Source: an uncultured Candidatus Rokubacteria bacterium
Lineage (GTDB): Bacteria; Methylomirabilota; Methylomirabilia; Rokubacteriales; CSP1-6
Assembly: GCA_963747235.1 (NCBI GenBank)
Contig: CAVVEU010000008.1
Coordinates: forward strand, 608,001 to 672,000
DNA: 64,000 bases
Direction of reading: 5' to 3'
How positions within the stretch are numbered: position 1 is the first letter of the stretch; every line of letters starts with the position of its first letter. The notes under the pieces were generated by a model that saw nothing but the letters and a program-made list of their open reading frames with translations, was not told the origin of the DNA and made no database searches. The translations under genes were made by a program, and so were the position numbers. This document shows, piece by piece, positions 11,941 through 23,128 of the stretch.

Positions 11941-12489
11941 ATGACGTCGCCGACCGCCCCGTCGATCCACGCCACCACCGTGGTCTGCGTCCGGCACAAG
12001 GGCCGCGTGGCGGTGGCGGGCGATGGGCAGGTCACCTTCGGCCAGACCATCATGAAGGCGGGCGCGCGCAAGGTGCGCAAGATGCACCACGACCGCGTGC
12101 TCGCCGGCTTCGCGGGCGCGGCCGCCGACGCGTTCACGCTCTTCGCGCGCTTCGAGGCGAAGCTCGAGGAGCACCGGGGCAATCTCCCGCGCGCCGCCGT
12201 CGAGCTGGCCAAGGAGTGGCGCATGGACCGCGTGCTCCGGCGGCTCGAGGCGCTGCTGGCGGTGGCCGACGCGGAGACGAGCTTCATCGTGTCGGGCACC
12301 GGCGACGTGATCGAGCCCGACGACGGCCTGGTCGGGATCGGCTCGGGCGGGCCCTACGCCCTCGCCGCGGCGCGGGCGCTGCGGGCGCACTCCACGCTCG
12401 AGGCGCCGCAGATCGCGGAGGAGTCTCTCCGCATCGCGGCCGGCATCTGCGTCTACACGAACGATCAGATCACGGTGCTGAGCCTGTGA
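11941..12489 (+). CDS. hslV: ATP-dependent protease subunit HslV
   Basis: [21 protein letters not shown] and GSGG motifs. Confidence 0.95.
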   Translation: MTSPTAPSIHATTVVCVRHKGRVAVAGDGQVTFGQTIMKAGARKVRKMHHDRVLAGFAGAAADAFTLFARFEAKLEEHRGNLPRAAVELAKEWRMDRVLRRLEALLAVADAETSFIVSGTGDVIEPDDGLVGIGSGGPYALAAARALRAHSTLEAPQIAEESLRIAAGICVYTNDQITVLSL

Positions 12490-13877
12490 CCGACCAGCCC
12501 GCTCCGCCGCTCGGCCAACCGCTCGGAACAAGCGGCCTCACGCCGGCCCAGATCACCGCCGAGCTCGACCGCTTCATCGTGGGCCAGGGCAAGGCCAAGC
12601 GCGCGGTCGCCATCGCGCTCCGCAACCGGTGGCGGCGGCAGAACCTGCCCGCCGAGCTGCGCGACGAGGTCGCGCCGAAGAACATCATCATGATCGGGCC
12701 CACCGGGGTCGGGAAGACCGAGATCGCCCGGCGCCTCGCCAAGCTCGCCCAGGCCCCGTTCCTCAAGGTGGAGGCGTCCAAGTACACCGAGGTGGGCTAC
12801 GTGGGCCGGGACGTCGAGTCCATGATCCGCGACCTGACCGAGCTGGGCGTGAGCATGGTCAAGGCGGAGATGGCGGCCGCGGTGCGCGAGCGGGCGGAGA
12901 CGCTGGCCGAGGAGCGGCTCCTCGACCTGCTGCTGCCCCGCCGCCCCGGCGAAGCCTACGTGAGCGGCACGCTCGAGGAGGTGTCGCCCGACGCCTCCCG
13001 CGATGCGACCCGGGACAAGCTCCGGGCCCAGCTCCGCTCCGGCAAGCTCGACGAGCGGCCCATCGAGATGGACGTGCAGCAGGCCGGGCCCATGCTGGAG
13101 GTCCTCCCGGGCCAGGGCATGGAGGAGATCGGGATCAACCTCAAGGACATGCTCTCGCACCTCATGCCCGGCCGCACGCGGCGGCGGCGGGTCAAGGTGG
13201 GGGAGGCGCGGCGGCTGCTGGCCCAGGAGGAAGCCCAGAAGCTGGTGGACATGGACGAGGCGGTGGGCCAGGCGGTCCGCCGGGTGGAGAACTCGGGCAT
13301 CATCTTCCTGGACGAGCTGGACAAGATCGCGGGCCGGGAGGGCGGCCGGGGCCCCGACGTGTCGCGGGAAGGGGTGCAGCGCGACCTCCTGCCGATCGTC
13401 GAGGGCTCGACGGTGACCACGAAATACGGCGCGGTCCGGACCGACCACATCCTGTTCATCGCGGCGGGGGCCTTCCACGTGGCCAAGCCGGCGGACCTGA
13501 TCCCGGAGCTGCAGGGGCGCTTCCCGATCCGGGTCGAGCTGGAGCCCTTGACGCGGCCGGATTTTATCCGCATTCTGAGCGAACCTCAGAACGCCCTGAT
13601 ACGGCAATATGTTGAGCTGCTGAGGACGGAAGGGGTGACGCTGCGCTTCACCACCGACGCGGTGGAGGCCATCGCCGAGATCGCGTTCACGGTGAACCAG
13701 CGGGCCGAGAACATCGGGGCCCGGCGCCTGTACACGGTGATGGAGCGGCTGCTGGAGGAGATCTCCTTCGACGCCCCCAACCTGGTCGGGCGGGAGCTCG
13801 TGATCGACGCGGAGTACGTGCACGCGCAGCTGGCCGACGTGGTGAAGGACGAGGATCTCTCCCGCTACATCTTATAA
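12486..13877 (+). CDS. hslU: ATP-dependent protease ATPase subunit HslU
   Basis: [32 protein letters not shown] and C-terminal LSRYIL. Confidence 0.96.
   Translation: MTDQPAPPLGQPLGTSGLTPAQITAELDRFIVGQGKAKRAVAIALRNRWRRQNLPAELRDEVAPKNIIMIGPTGVGKTEIARRLAKLAQAPFLKVEASKYTEVGYVGRDVESMIRDLTELGVSMVKAEMAAAVRERAETLAEERLLDLLLPRRPGEAYVSGTLEEVSPDASRDATRDKLRAQLRSGKLDERPIEMDVQQAGPMLEVLPGQGMEEIGINLKDMLSHLMPGRTRRRRVKVGEARRLLAQEEAQKLVDMDEAVGQAVRRVENSGIIFLDELDKIAGREGGRGPDVSREGVQRDLLPIVEGSTVTTKYGAVRTDHILFIAAGAFHVAKPADLIPELQGRFPIRVELEPLTRPDFIRILSEPQNALIRQYVELLRTEGVTLRFTTDAVEAIAEIAFTVNQRAENIGARRLYTVMERLLEEISFDAPNLVGRELVIDAEYVHAQLADVVKDEDLSRYIL
13548..13591 (+). promoter_or_regulatory. Candidate internal promoter TTGACG-N17-CATTCT inside hslU, overlapped by inverted repeat TTCTGAG-N5-CTCAGAA
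   Basis: AT-rich patch 13548-13625 in an otherwise GC3-rich gene, ~300 nt upstream of argB. Confidence 0.5.
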
Positions 13878-13878
13878 A

Positions 13879-14766
13879 GTGAACGAGCGCATGATGCCGA
13901 TCCCGGAGCTGGTGCAGCGCGCCGAGCTGCTCATCGAGGCGCTGCCCTATATCCGTGCCTTCCAGGGCAAGACCCTCGTGATCAAGTACGGGGGGGCCGC
14001 CATGGAGCAGGCGGATCTCAAGGAGCAGTTCGCCAAGGACGTGCTCCTCCTCCGCCTCGTCGGCATCCGGCCGGTCATCGTGCACGGCGGTGGTCCCCAG
14101 ATCGGCGCCCTCATGAAGCGGCTCGGCAAGGAGCCGAAGTTCGTGGGCGGCATGCGCGTCACCGACGAGGAGACGGTCGAGATCGTCGAGATGGTGCTGG
14201 TCGGCAAGATCAACAAGGAGATCGTGGGCCTGATCAACCTGCACGGGGGCCGGGCGGTGGGGCTCTCCGGCAAGGACGCGAGCCTGCTGCGGGCCCACAA
14301 GCGGCTGCACAAGATGCCCGACGGGACCTCGGTGGACATCGGGCTGGTGGGCGAGGTGGAAGCGGTCAATCCCGAGCCGATCCGGCTGCTCGAGGAGAAC
14401 GGGTTCATCCCGGTGATCGCGCCGGTCGGGGTGGGGGCGGCGGGCGAGACCTACAACATCAACGCGGACCTGGTGGCGGGCGACGTGGCCGCCGCGCTCT
14501 TCGCGGAGAAGCTGATCCACCTCACGGACGTCACCGGCATCAACGGCGAGGACGGCCGCCTGATCTCGACGCTCACCAAGCGTGACGCGGAGCGGCTGAT
14601 CAAGGCGGGCGTGATCGACGGGGGCATGCTGCCCAAGGTGGAGTCCTCGCTGCGAGCCCTCGGCGGCGGCGCCCAGAAGGCGCACATCATCGACGGCCGC
14701 GTGCCCCACGCGATCCTGCTCGAGGTCCTCACCAAAGAAGGTATCGGGACCGAAATCGTCCTATGA
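13879..14766 (+). CDS. argB: Acetylglutamate kinase
   Basis: KYGG, VHGGGP, GMRVTD, YNINAD and GGMLPKV motifs. Confidence 0.95.
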   Translation: MNERMMPIPELVQRAELLIEALPYIRAFQGKTLVIKYGGAAMEQADLKEQFAKDVLLLRLVGIRPVIVHGGGPQIGALMKRLGKEPKFVGGMRVTDEETVEIVEMVLVGKINKEIVGLINLHGGRAVGLSGKDASLLRAHKRLHKMPDGTSVDIGLVGEVEAVNPEPIRLLEENGFIPVIAPVGVGAAGETYNINADLVAGDVAAALFAEKLIHLTDVTGINGEDGRLISTLTKRDAERLIKAGVIDGGMLPKVESSLRALGGGAQKAHIIDGRVPHAILLEVLTKEGIGTEIVL

Positions 14767-14773
14767 GGGAGCC

Positions 14774-15976
14774 ATGACGGATACCAAGACGCTGATCGAG
14801 TGGGCGGACAAGCACCTGATGTACACCGCCAAGCGCGCCCCGGTGGTGCTGGTGCGCGGCGACGGGGCGCGGGTGTGGGACAGCGACGGCAAGGAGTACC
14901 TCGACTTCACCGGCGGCATCGCGGTGACCGCGCTCGGGCACTCCCATCCCAAGGTGGTGGGGACGATGCGGGAGCAGGCGGCCACGCTGCTCCACGTGTC
15001 GAACCTCTTCTACATCCCGCAGCAGACCCAGCTCGCCAAGCTGCTCTGCGATCATTCGTTCGCCGACCGGGTGTTCTTCTCCAACTCGGGCGCGGAGGCC
15101 AACGAGACCGCGATCAAGCTCGCGCGGAAGTGGGCCAAGGAGCACGGGGCCAGCGACCGCGGGGACATCATCACGATGCGGGGCGGCTTCCACGGGCGGA
15201 CGCTGGCCACCGTGACCGCCACCGCGCAGGAGAAGTACCACCACGGGTTCGAGCCGCTGCCCGGCGGGTTCAAGTACGTGCCGTTCAACGACCTGCGCGC
15301 GGTGGAGCGGGCCATCGACAGCCACACCGCCGCGGTGATGGTCGAGCCGATCCAGGGCGAGGGCGGCGTCAACATCCCGGACGACGGCTACCTGCCCGGG
15401 CTGCGCAAGCTCTGCGACGAGGCGGGGATCCTGCTCGTGCTGGACGAGATCCAGACCGGCATGGGGCGCACCGGCCGGCTCTGGGGCTACGAGCACTCCG
15501 GCATCGAGCCCGACATCATGACGCTGGCCAAGGCGCTGGCCAACGGGGTGCCGATCGGGGCCACCCTCGCCACCGAGAGCGTGGCGTCCGCGTTCACGCC
15601 GGGCACCCACGGCTCCACCTTCGGCGGCAACCCGTTCGTCACCGCGGTGGGCCTGACCGTGTTCACGACGCTGATGGAGGAGCGGCTGCCCGAGCGCGCG
15701 GCCACCACCGGCCGCCTGCTGCGCGATCAGCTCGAGGCGGTGCGCGGCCGGCACCCGAAGGCGGCGACCGCGGTGCGGGGGCGCGGTCTGCTCGTGGGCA
15801 TGGACCTGGTGCCGCCGGTGGGCGAGGTCATCGGGGCCTGCCGCGAGCGCGGCCTGCTCGTGCTCAGCGCGGGCGACAATACGTTGCGGCTGGCTCCGCC
15901 TTTGATTACCGACGAGGCCACCGTGCGCCGCGCGGTCGAGATCATCGATCAGGTCCTGAGCGGCTTCGTGAAGTGA
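14774..15976 (+). CDS. argD: Acetylornithine aminotransferase
   Basis: [27 protein letters not shown] and PLP Lys in TLAKALANG. Confidence 0.93.
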   Translation: MTDTKTLIEWADKHLMYTAKRAPVVLVRGDGARVWDSDGKEYLDFTGGIAVTALGHSHPKVVGTMREQAATLLHVSNLFYIPQQTQLAKLLCDHSFADRVFFSNSGAEANETAIKLARKWAKEHGASDRGDIITMRGGFHGRTLATVTATAQEKYHHGFEPLPGGFKYVPFNDLRAVERAIDSHTAAVMVEPIQGEGGVNIPDDGYLPGLRKLCDEAGILLVLDEIQTGMGRTGRLWGYEHSGIEPDIMTLAKALANGVPIGATLATESVASAFTPGTHGSTFGGNPFVTAVGLTVFTTLMEERLPERAATTGRLLRDQLEAVRGRHPKAATAVRGRGLLVGMDLVPPVGEVIGACRERGLLVLSAGDNTLRLAPPLITDEATVRRAVEIIDQVLSGFVK

Positions 15977-16886
15977 AGCATTTCCTGTCCATCCGCGACA
16001 TCGCCCGGGAGGATCTCCCGCGCCTGTTCGCCCTCACGGCCGATCTCAAGGCCCGGCAGAAGGCCCGCGACGGCTGGACCCCGCTGCCCGGGCGCACCAT
16101 GGCCCTGATCTTCGAGAAGCCCTCGCTGCGCACGCGGGTCACCTTCGAGGTGGCGATGGTGCAGCTCGGGGGCGCGGCGGTGTACCTGGCCGCCCAGGAG
16201 ATCGGGATGGGCAAGCGCGAGTCGGTGCCCGACGTGGCCCGCAACCTCTCGCGCTGGGTGGACGTGGTGGCGGCGCGCGTGTTCTCGCACAAGACGCTCG
16301 AGCAGCTCGCGGCCCACGCCACGATCCCGGTGATCAACGGCCTGTCCGACCTCGAGCATCCCTGCCAGGCGATGGCGGACTTCTTCACGCTCTACGAGCG
16401 CGGGCTGGACCCGGCGAAGCTGCGCCTGGCCTGGGTGGGCGACGGCAACAACGTGTGCAACTCGCTCCTGCTGCTGGGCTCCATGCTCGGGACCACACTG
16501 GTGGTCGCGTGCCCGCCCGGCTACGAGCCGGATGCGGGTGTCCTGGAAGCCTGCCGCGCCATGGGTGGGCGCGTCCAGGTCACCACCGAGGTGCGCGACG
16601 CGGTGGAGGACGCCGACGTGATCTACACCGACACCTGGATCAGCATGGGCCAGGAAGGCGACCGCGAGCAGCGCCTGGAGGCCTTCCAGCGCTACCAGGT
16701 CAACGACCGGCTGCTGAGCTTCGCGCCCGGCGACGCGCTCGTGATGCACTGCCTGCCCGCGCACCGGGGCGAGGAGATCACCGACGCGGTGCTCGACGGG
16801 CCCCGCAGCCTGATCCTCGACCAGGCCGAGAATCGCCTGCACGCGCAGAAGGCCATCATCGTCAACCTGCTGGGTGGAGAGCAGCC

Positions 16887-16890
<4 letters not shown>
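15973..16890 (+). CDS. argF: Ornithine carbamoyltransferase
   Basis: [24 protein letters not shown] and HCLP motifs; GTG overlaps the argD stop. Confidence 0.95.
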
Positions 16891-18095
<1,205 letters not shown>

Positions 18096-18110
18096 GCGGT
18101 CGCGCTCCCG

Positions 18111-18869
18111 ATGCGGGTCCACGTGGCGCTGACTCCGGCGGAATTCCCCGACGCGCCCCTCACGGGGTGTGTCGCGCTCGCGGTGGACGTGCTGCGGGCC
18201 ACCACCGCATCGGTGGCCGCGTGCGACGCAGGCTGCCGGCGCCTGGTGCCGGTGCCCGACGCGGCGGCGGCCGAAGCGCTCGCCGCGCGCGACGGGGCCG
18301 ACACCGTGCTGGCCGGGGAGCGGGGCGGGGAAGCGCTCGCCGGCTTCGATCTCGGCAACTCGCCCGCGGAGTTCACCGCGGACCGTGTCGGCGGCCGCAC
18401 GGTGGTGCTGACCACGACCAACGGCACCGCCGCGATGCTCACCGCCGCGCGGGCGGCGGCGGCCGGGCTCGCCGCGCTCACCAATGTCACCGCGGCCGCG
18501 CGCTGGGCGCTCGAGCAGGGGCGCGACGTGACCGTCCTGTGCGCGGGCGACAACGGGGCGTTCTCGCTGGAGGATACGGTGTGCGCGGGTCTGCTGGTGG
18601 CCCGCCTGGCCGACGCTTCCCCGGGAGCCGTGCTCTCCGAGGGCGCCCAGGCCGCGCTCGGTCTGGGTCGGCACTACGGAGCCCGGCTCGAGCGTCTCGC
18701 GGAGGACTCGGGCTGGGGCCGGAAGCTCCAGCGCCTGGGCCGGGCCGCCGACCTCGCCTGGTGCCTCCGGGCGGACGTGAGCCTGGTGGTGCCGGTGTTC
18801 GTCGCGGGCGGCTTCGTTCCCCGCCGCGCCGGGGCGACCGCGGCGGTCGGCTCGGAGTCGCGCGCGTGA
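18111..18869 (+). CDS. comB: 2-phosphosulfolactate phosphatase family protein (ComB)
   Basis: DVLRATT, LAGERGG, GFDLGNSP, TTTNGT and FSLED.VCAG motifs. Confidence 0.85.
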   Translation: MRVHVALTPAEFPDAPLTGCVALAVDVLRATTASVAACDAGCRRLVPVPDAAAAEALAARDGADTVLAGERGGEALAGFDLGNSPAEFTADRVGGRTVVLTTTNGTAAMLTAARAAAAGLAALTNVTAAARWALEQGRDVTVLCAGDNGAFSLEDTVCAGLLVARLADASPGAVLSEGAQAALGLGRHYGARLERLAEDSGWGRKLQRLGRAADLAWCLRADVSLVVPVFVAGGFVPRRAGATAAVGSESRA

Positions 18870-19441
18870 ACCTCCCGATCGCGCTGACCCTGTTCCGCAT
18901 CGTGCTGGTGCCGCCCATCATGGTCTTCCTCATCTCGTCGGACCGGGTCAGCGTGCTGATCGCCGCCGTCATCTTCGCGACCGCGTCGCTCACCGACTGG
19001 CTCGACGGGCGGATGGCGCGGCGGTGGAATCAGGTCACCAAGCTCGGCACGCTGCTGGACCCGGTCGCCGACAAGCTGCTGGTGGCGGCGGCGCTGATCT
19101 CGCTCGTGCACATCGACATGATCTCCGCGTGGATGGCGGTGGTGATCATCGGCCGCGAGCTGGCGGTGACCGGCCTGCGGGGAGTCGCGCTGTCCATGGG
19201 CGCGGTGGTGCCGGCGTCATCGCTGGGCAAGGCGAAGACGGTGTCGCAGTACGTGGCCCTGACGCTGCTGATCCTCGAGAAGGGGGTCTCGCAGGACCTG
19301 GCGCTCTTCCACCTCGTCGCGCGCTCGGCCCTCTGGATCGCGCTGGCCCTCACCGTGATCTCGGGCGCCGACTACTTCTACCGGTTCTTCCTCCATACCA
19401 ACCCGAAGGACCTGGTGCGGGACCGCGAGCGATGGCCCTGA
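18866..19441 (+). CDS. pgsA: CDP-diacylglycerol--glycerol-3-phosphate 3-phosphatidyltransferase
   Basis: DWLDGRMAR...GTLLDPVADK CDP-alcohol phosphotransferase motif; RELAVTGLR. Confidence 0.92.
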   Translation: MNLPIALTLFRIVLVPPIMVFLISSDRVSVLIAAVIFATASLTDWLDGRMARRWNQVTKLGTLLDPVADKLLVAAALISLVHIDMISAWMAVVIIGRELAVTGLRGVALSMGAVVPASSLGKAKTVSQYVALTLLILEKGVSQDLALFHLVARSALWIALALTVISGADYFYRFFLHTNPKDLVRDRERWP

Positions 19442-20034
19442 CCGTGCTCGGGCTCCTCGCCGCCTACCTGATCGGGGCGATCCCGATCGGCTTCCTGGTG
19501 GCCCGCGCCGCGGGCGGCACCGACATCCGCCGCGCGGGCAGCGGCAGTATCGGCGCCACCAATGTCCTGCGCACGCTCGGCACCGGCCCCGCGGTGCTCA
19601 CGCTGGTCGGCGACATCGTGAAGGGTTACGTGGCGGTGCGGGTCGCCCGCTCCATCGGGCCGGAGGTGTGGGCGGCGGCGGGCGGCACGGTGGCCGCCAT
19701 CGCGGGCAACTGCTGGCCGGTCTTCCTCCGGTTCCGGGGCGGCAAGGGCGTGGCCACCGGCCTCGGCGCGTTCCTCGCGCTCATCCCGTGGGCGGTCGGC
19801 CCCGCGGCGCTGCTGTGGATCGCGGTGACCGCGGTGTCGCGCTACGTGTCCATGGCCTCCGTGGTGGCCTGTCTCAGCCTGCCGGTGGCTGCGTGGGTGT
19901 TCGGCTACCCGCGCCACGCGGTCGTCGCGGCGGTGGTGGCGGCGCTGATCATCGTCTGGCGTCACCGGGAGAACATCGCGCGCCTGGTCAGCGGCACCGA
20001 GCGGCGGCTCGGCGAGCGCACCCGCCTCGCGTGA
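19432..20034 (+). CDS. plsY: Glycerol-3-phosphate acyltransferase PlsY
   Basis: GSGSIGATN, FRGGKGVAT and HRENI.RL..G.E motifs. Confidence 0.93.
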   Translation: MALTVLGLLAAYLIGAIPIGFLVARAAGGTDIRRAGSGSIGATNVLRTLGTGPAVLTLVGDIVKGYVAVRVARSIGPEVWAAAGGTVAAIAGNCWPVFLRFRGGKGVATGLGAFLALIPWAVGPAALLWIAVTAVSRYVSMASVVACLSLPVAAWVFGYPRHAVVAAVVAALIIVWRHRENIARLVSGTERRLGERTRLA

Positions 20035-21074
20035 GTCGCCCGGCCGACGCGGGCGACGCCCGGCGCGCGCCGGTGGCCGTGCTCGGCGCCGGGAGCTGGG
20101 GCACCGCGCTCGCGATGCACCTGGGCCGCGTGGGCGTGCCGGTGCGGTTGTGGGTGCGCGATCCGGCCCTCGCCGCGTCCATGCGGGCCCGGCGCGAGAA
20201 CCCGCGCTACCTTCCGGGGATCGCGCTGCCGGATGGCGTGACCGTGACCGCGGACGCGGGCCTGGCGCTGGCCGGGAGCCGGACCGTGCTGGTCGCGGTG
20301 CCGTCGCACTTCGTCGAGGACGTGCTCGCGGCGGTGGGCGACCGCGTCGCGGGAGACGCGGTGCTGGTGTCGGCGACGAAGGGCCTCGAGCCGCGGCACG
20401 GGCTGCGCATGTCGGAGCTCCTGGCCGGGCGGCTGCCCGGCCGGCCGGTGGCGGTGCTCTCCGGCCCGTCGTTCGCGCGCGAGGTCGCCCAGGGCCGGCC
20501 CACCGCGCTCGTGGTCGCGTCGTCGGACGAGGGGATCGCGGCCGATCTGCAGCGCCGTCTGGCCGGCCCCACGCTCCGCCTGTACACGAACCGCGACGTG
20601 GTCGGCGTGGAGCTGGGCGGCGCGGTGAAGAACGTGATGGCCATCGCGACCGGGCTGGTGGATGGGCTCGAGCTGGGCGAGAACGCGCGGGCGGCGCTGA
20701 TCACGCGGGGCCTCGCCGAGATCGTGCGGCTCGGCACCGCGGCCGGGGCGCAGCCCGCGACCTTCGCGGGGCTGGCCGGTCTCGGCGACCTCGTGCTGAC
20801 CTGCACCGGCTCGCAGAGCCGCAATCGCGCGCTCGGCGGTGCGATCGCGCGGGGCCGCTCGCTGGCGGAGGTGGAGGCGGGCACGCCGATGGTGGCGGAG
20901 GGCGTGCGCACCGTCTCCTCGGTGCTGCGGATGGCGCGGGCGCGCGGCGTGACGATGCCGATCTGCGAGGAGGTGGCGGCGGTGCTCTTCGAGGGCAAGC
21001 CGGTCGCGGAGTCGCTGGCCTCGCTGCTGGCCCGTGAGCCGAGGCCGGAAGAGGAGGGGGTGTCGCGTGCCTGA
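20031..21074 (+). CDS. gpsA: NAD(P)H-dependent glycerol-3-phosphate dehydrogenase
   Basis: GAGSWGTALA, LSGPSFA, GGAVKNVMAIA and GLGDLVLTC...SRN motifs. Confidence 0.95.
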   Translation: MSRPADAGDARRAPVAVLGAGSWGTALAMHLGRVGVPVRLWVRDPALAASMRARRENPRYLPGIALPDGVTVTADAGLALAGSRTVLVAVPSHFVEDVLAAVGDRVAGDAVLVSATKGLEPRHGLRMSELLAGRLPGRPVAVLSGPSFAREVAQGRPTALVVASSDEGIAADLQRRLAGPTLRLYTNRDVVGVELGGAVKNVMAIATGLVDGLELGENARAALITRGLAEIVRLGTAAGAQPATFAGLAGLGDLVLTCTGSQSRNRALGGAIARGRSLAEVEAGTPMVAEGVRTVSSVLRMARARGVTMPICEEVAAVLFEGKPVAESLASLLAREPRPEEEGVSRA

Positions 21075-22074
21075 GCTGCGCCGGGATCCCGTCGTGGGCC
21101 GGTGGGTGATCATCTCCACCGAGCGCGCCCGCCGCCCGTCCGACTTCACGCCGGCCCCGCGCCTGCGCAAGGGCGGGCCCTGCGTGTTCTGCGGAGGGCA
21201 GGAGCATCGCACGCCGGAGGAGGTCTGGGCGCTCCGTCCGGGCCGGAGCGAGCCCAACACGCCGGGCTGGCTCCTGCGCGTGGTGCCCAACAAGTTCCCG
21301 GCGCTCCGCATCGAGGGCGAGCTGGAGCCGGCGGCGGAAGGCCTCTACGATCGGATGAACGGGGTGGGTGCCCACGAGGTGGTCATCGAGTCGCCCGATC
21401 ACGACGCGGTCATCGAGCGCCTGCCGCCCGCGCAGCTGGCCGAGGTGTTCCGCGCCTACCGGGACCGGATCGTGGACCTGTCCAAGGATCCGCGCCTCGA
21501 GTACGTGATGGTCTTCAAGAACCACGGAGATCCGGCCGGCGCCTCGCTCGAGCACACCCATTCGCAGCTCATCGCCACGCCGGTGGTGCCGCTCATGGTC
21601 GAGGAGGAGCTGGCGGGCGCGCTCCAGCACCTGCGGATCAAGAAGCGCTGCATCTGGTGCGACATCATCCGGCAGGAGCGGCAGGAGGGCGGGCGCGTCA
21701 TCCTGGACCAGGACGGGTTCATGGCGCTGTCCCCCTTCGCGCCCCGGTTCCCGTTCGAGACCTGGATCCTGCCCACCGTGCACCGGTCGCGCTACGAGGA
21801 CACGCCGCCGGGCGACTTCGCCCGGCTGGCCGTGGCGGTCCGGCAGGTGCTCGGCCGGATGGGGCAGTTCCTGGACGACCCCCCGTACAACTTCATGCTC
21901 CACAGCGCGCCCCTGCGGGCCCCGGCCCTCGACCACTTCCACTGGCACCTCGAGATCATCCCCAAGCTGACCAGAGTGGCCGGATTCGAATGGGGAACCG
22001 GGTTCTTCATCAACCCGACCCCTCCCGAGGAGGCCGCGAAATACTTGCGGGGCGAGCCCCCGGATCGGCCGTAA
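21067..22074 (+). CDS. galT: Galactose-1-phosphate uridylyltransferase (GalT family)
   Basis: CVFC, VVPNKFP, HEVVIES, GASLEHTHSQ (HxHxQ) and GFEWGTG motifs. Confidence 0.88.
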   Translation: MPELRRDPVVGRWVIISTERARRPSDFTPAPRLRKGGPCVFCGGQEHRTPEEVWALRPGRSEPNTPGWLLRVVPNKFPALRIEGELEPAAEGLYDRMNGVGAHEVVIESPDHDAVIERLPPAQLAEVFRAYRDRIVDLSKDPRLEYVMVFKNHGDPAGASLEHTHSQLIATPVVPLMVEEELAGALQHLRIKKRCIWCDIIRQERQEGGRVILDQDGFMALSPFAPRFPFETWILPTVHRSRYEDTPPGDFARLAVAVRQVLGRMGQFLDDPPYNFMLHSAPLRAPALDHFHWHLEIIPKLTRVAGFEWGTGFFINPTPPEEAAKYLRGEPPDRP

Positions 22075-22075
22075 A

Positions 22076-22104
22076 TTGACACTACTCAAGGCGTTTGTTA
22101 CACT
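22076..22104 (+). promoter_or_regulatory. Strong sigma70 promoter TTGACA-N17-(TG)TACACT for the tRNA operon
   Basis: Consensus -35, 17-nt spacer, extended -10. Confidence 0.8.
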
Positions 22105-22132
22105 TCCTCGCGGTTCTGTGACAGGATGTTTT

Positions 22133-22207
22133 GCGGGAATAGCTCAGTGGTAGAGCACAACCTTGCCAAGGTTGGGGTCGCGGGTTCGAATCCCGTTTCC
22201 CGCTCCA
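22133..22207 (+). tRNA. tRNA-Gly(GCC)
   Basis: GCGGGAA/TTCCCGC acceptor stem, anticodon loop TTGCCAA, GGTTCGAATCC T arm, encoded CCA. Confidence 0.97.
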
Positions 22208-22241
22208 TATAGCAGGCGGAGTAGTCGGCGGACAGTGCAAG

Positions 22242-22317
22242 GGCGGCGTAGCCAAGTGGCTAAGGCGGAGGTCTGCAAAACCTCTATTCAGCGGTTCGAA
22301 TCCGCTCGCCGCCTCCA
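22242..22317 (+). tRNA. tRNA-Cys(GCA)
   Basis: GGCGGCG/CGCCGCC acceptor stem, loop CTGCAAA, T arm GGTTCGAATCC, U73 discriminator, CCA. Confidence 0.96.
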
Positions 22318-22348
22318 CTAAGTTGGGGGCGGTCCAGCGGTGGGTTGG

Positions 22349-22437
22349 GCCGGGGTGGCGGAACTGGGAGACGCAGCGAACTTAAAATTCGCTGGTCCGT
22401 AAGGGCCGTGGGGGTTCGATTCCCTCCCTCGGCACCA
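22349..22437 (+). tRNA. tRNA-Leu(TAA)
   Basis: GCCGGGG/CCTCGGC acceptor stem, loop CTTAAAA, long variable arm, GGTTCGATTCC, CCA. Confidence 0.95.
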
Positions 22438-22473
22438 GAAGTCGAAGCGCACTCAAGCACGGAGGCAATCAAG

Positions 22474-22929
22474 GTGGAAACCTTGAAGGTAGTCCGGAAG
22501 ACCTTCACGATGTTGAGCGAGAAGCGGACCCAGGTCCTGGACATCACCAAGCAGATCCGGGACATCGTGCTGGGCGCCGACATCAAGGAGGGCATCATTC
22601 TGGTCAACTCCCTCCACACCACCTGCGCGCTCTTCGTCAATGAGTTCCAGGGCGCACTGGTCGACGACCTCAAGGCCATGATGGAGCGCCTGGTCGCCGA
22701 TAATGCGGGGTACAAGCACGACGATCCGCGCTTCTCCGACTGCGAGCGAGGCAATGCGACCTCGCACCTGCGGGCTGCGCTGCTCGGCCGGAGCGTGGCG
22801 GTGGGGATCAGCGGCGGCGAGCTCTCGCTGGGCCGCTTCCAGTCGATCCTGTTCGCCGAGCTCGACGGCCCGCGGCCGCGGAGCATCGACATCCAGATCA
22901 TGGGGGTCGGGCCCATCGCCGGGAACTAG
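22474..22929 (+). CDS. YjbQ / UPF0047 family protein
   Basis: HTTCAL..NE, NATSHLRA.LLG and LGRFQ.I.F.ELDGPR motifs; GGAGG upstream. Confidence 0.88.
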   Translation: METLKVVRKTFTMLSEKRTQVLDITKQIRDIVLGADIKEGIILVNSLHTTCALFVNEFQGALVDDLKAMMERLVADNAGYKHDDPRFSDCERGNATSHLRAALLGRSVAVGISGGELSLGRFQSILFAELDGPRPRSIDIQIMGVGPIAGN

Positions 22930-23005
22930 ATCGCCGCCCGCTTACCGGCGCCACGAATGCCCGCAGCGCCTGGGTATCGGTTTAAGTCCTTAGGCTCTAT
23001 CTAAC

Positions 23006-23052
23006 GCGGGGGCCCATGAAATGGCCCCCGCACTCCCCCAGGCCGCGGACAC
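23006..23052 (+). repeat. Family B hairpin repeat, intergenic, bracketed by 9-bp direct repeats GTTTAAGTC (22980-22988 and 23055-23063)
   Basis: GCGGGGGCCCATGAAATGGCCCCCGCACTCCCCCAGGCCGCGGACAC matches the copies at 55101 and 59769. Confidence 0.85.
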
Positions 23053-23128
23053 TCGTTTAAGTCGCGCCCGCGTACCGGCCGCTCCCGCGTCTCTGGCTCG
23101 TTCCTGCCGTGGTAGACTTACCGTCCGT

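Noticed and set aside
22133-23000. Genomic island at the tRNA cluster
   Set aside because: No integrase, no duplicated tRNA 3' end seen, and downstream genes have host codon usage.
23021-23128. N-terminal extension MAPALPQ... of the radical SAM protein
   Set aside because: The ATG belongs to the family B repeat; a -10 box at 23113-23118 and the protein-like sequence favour ATG 23129.
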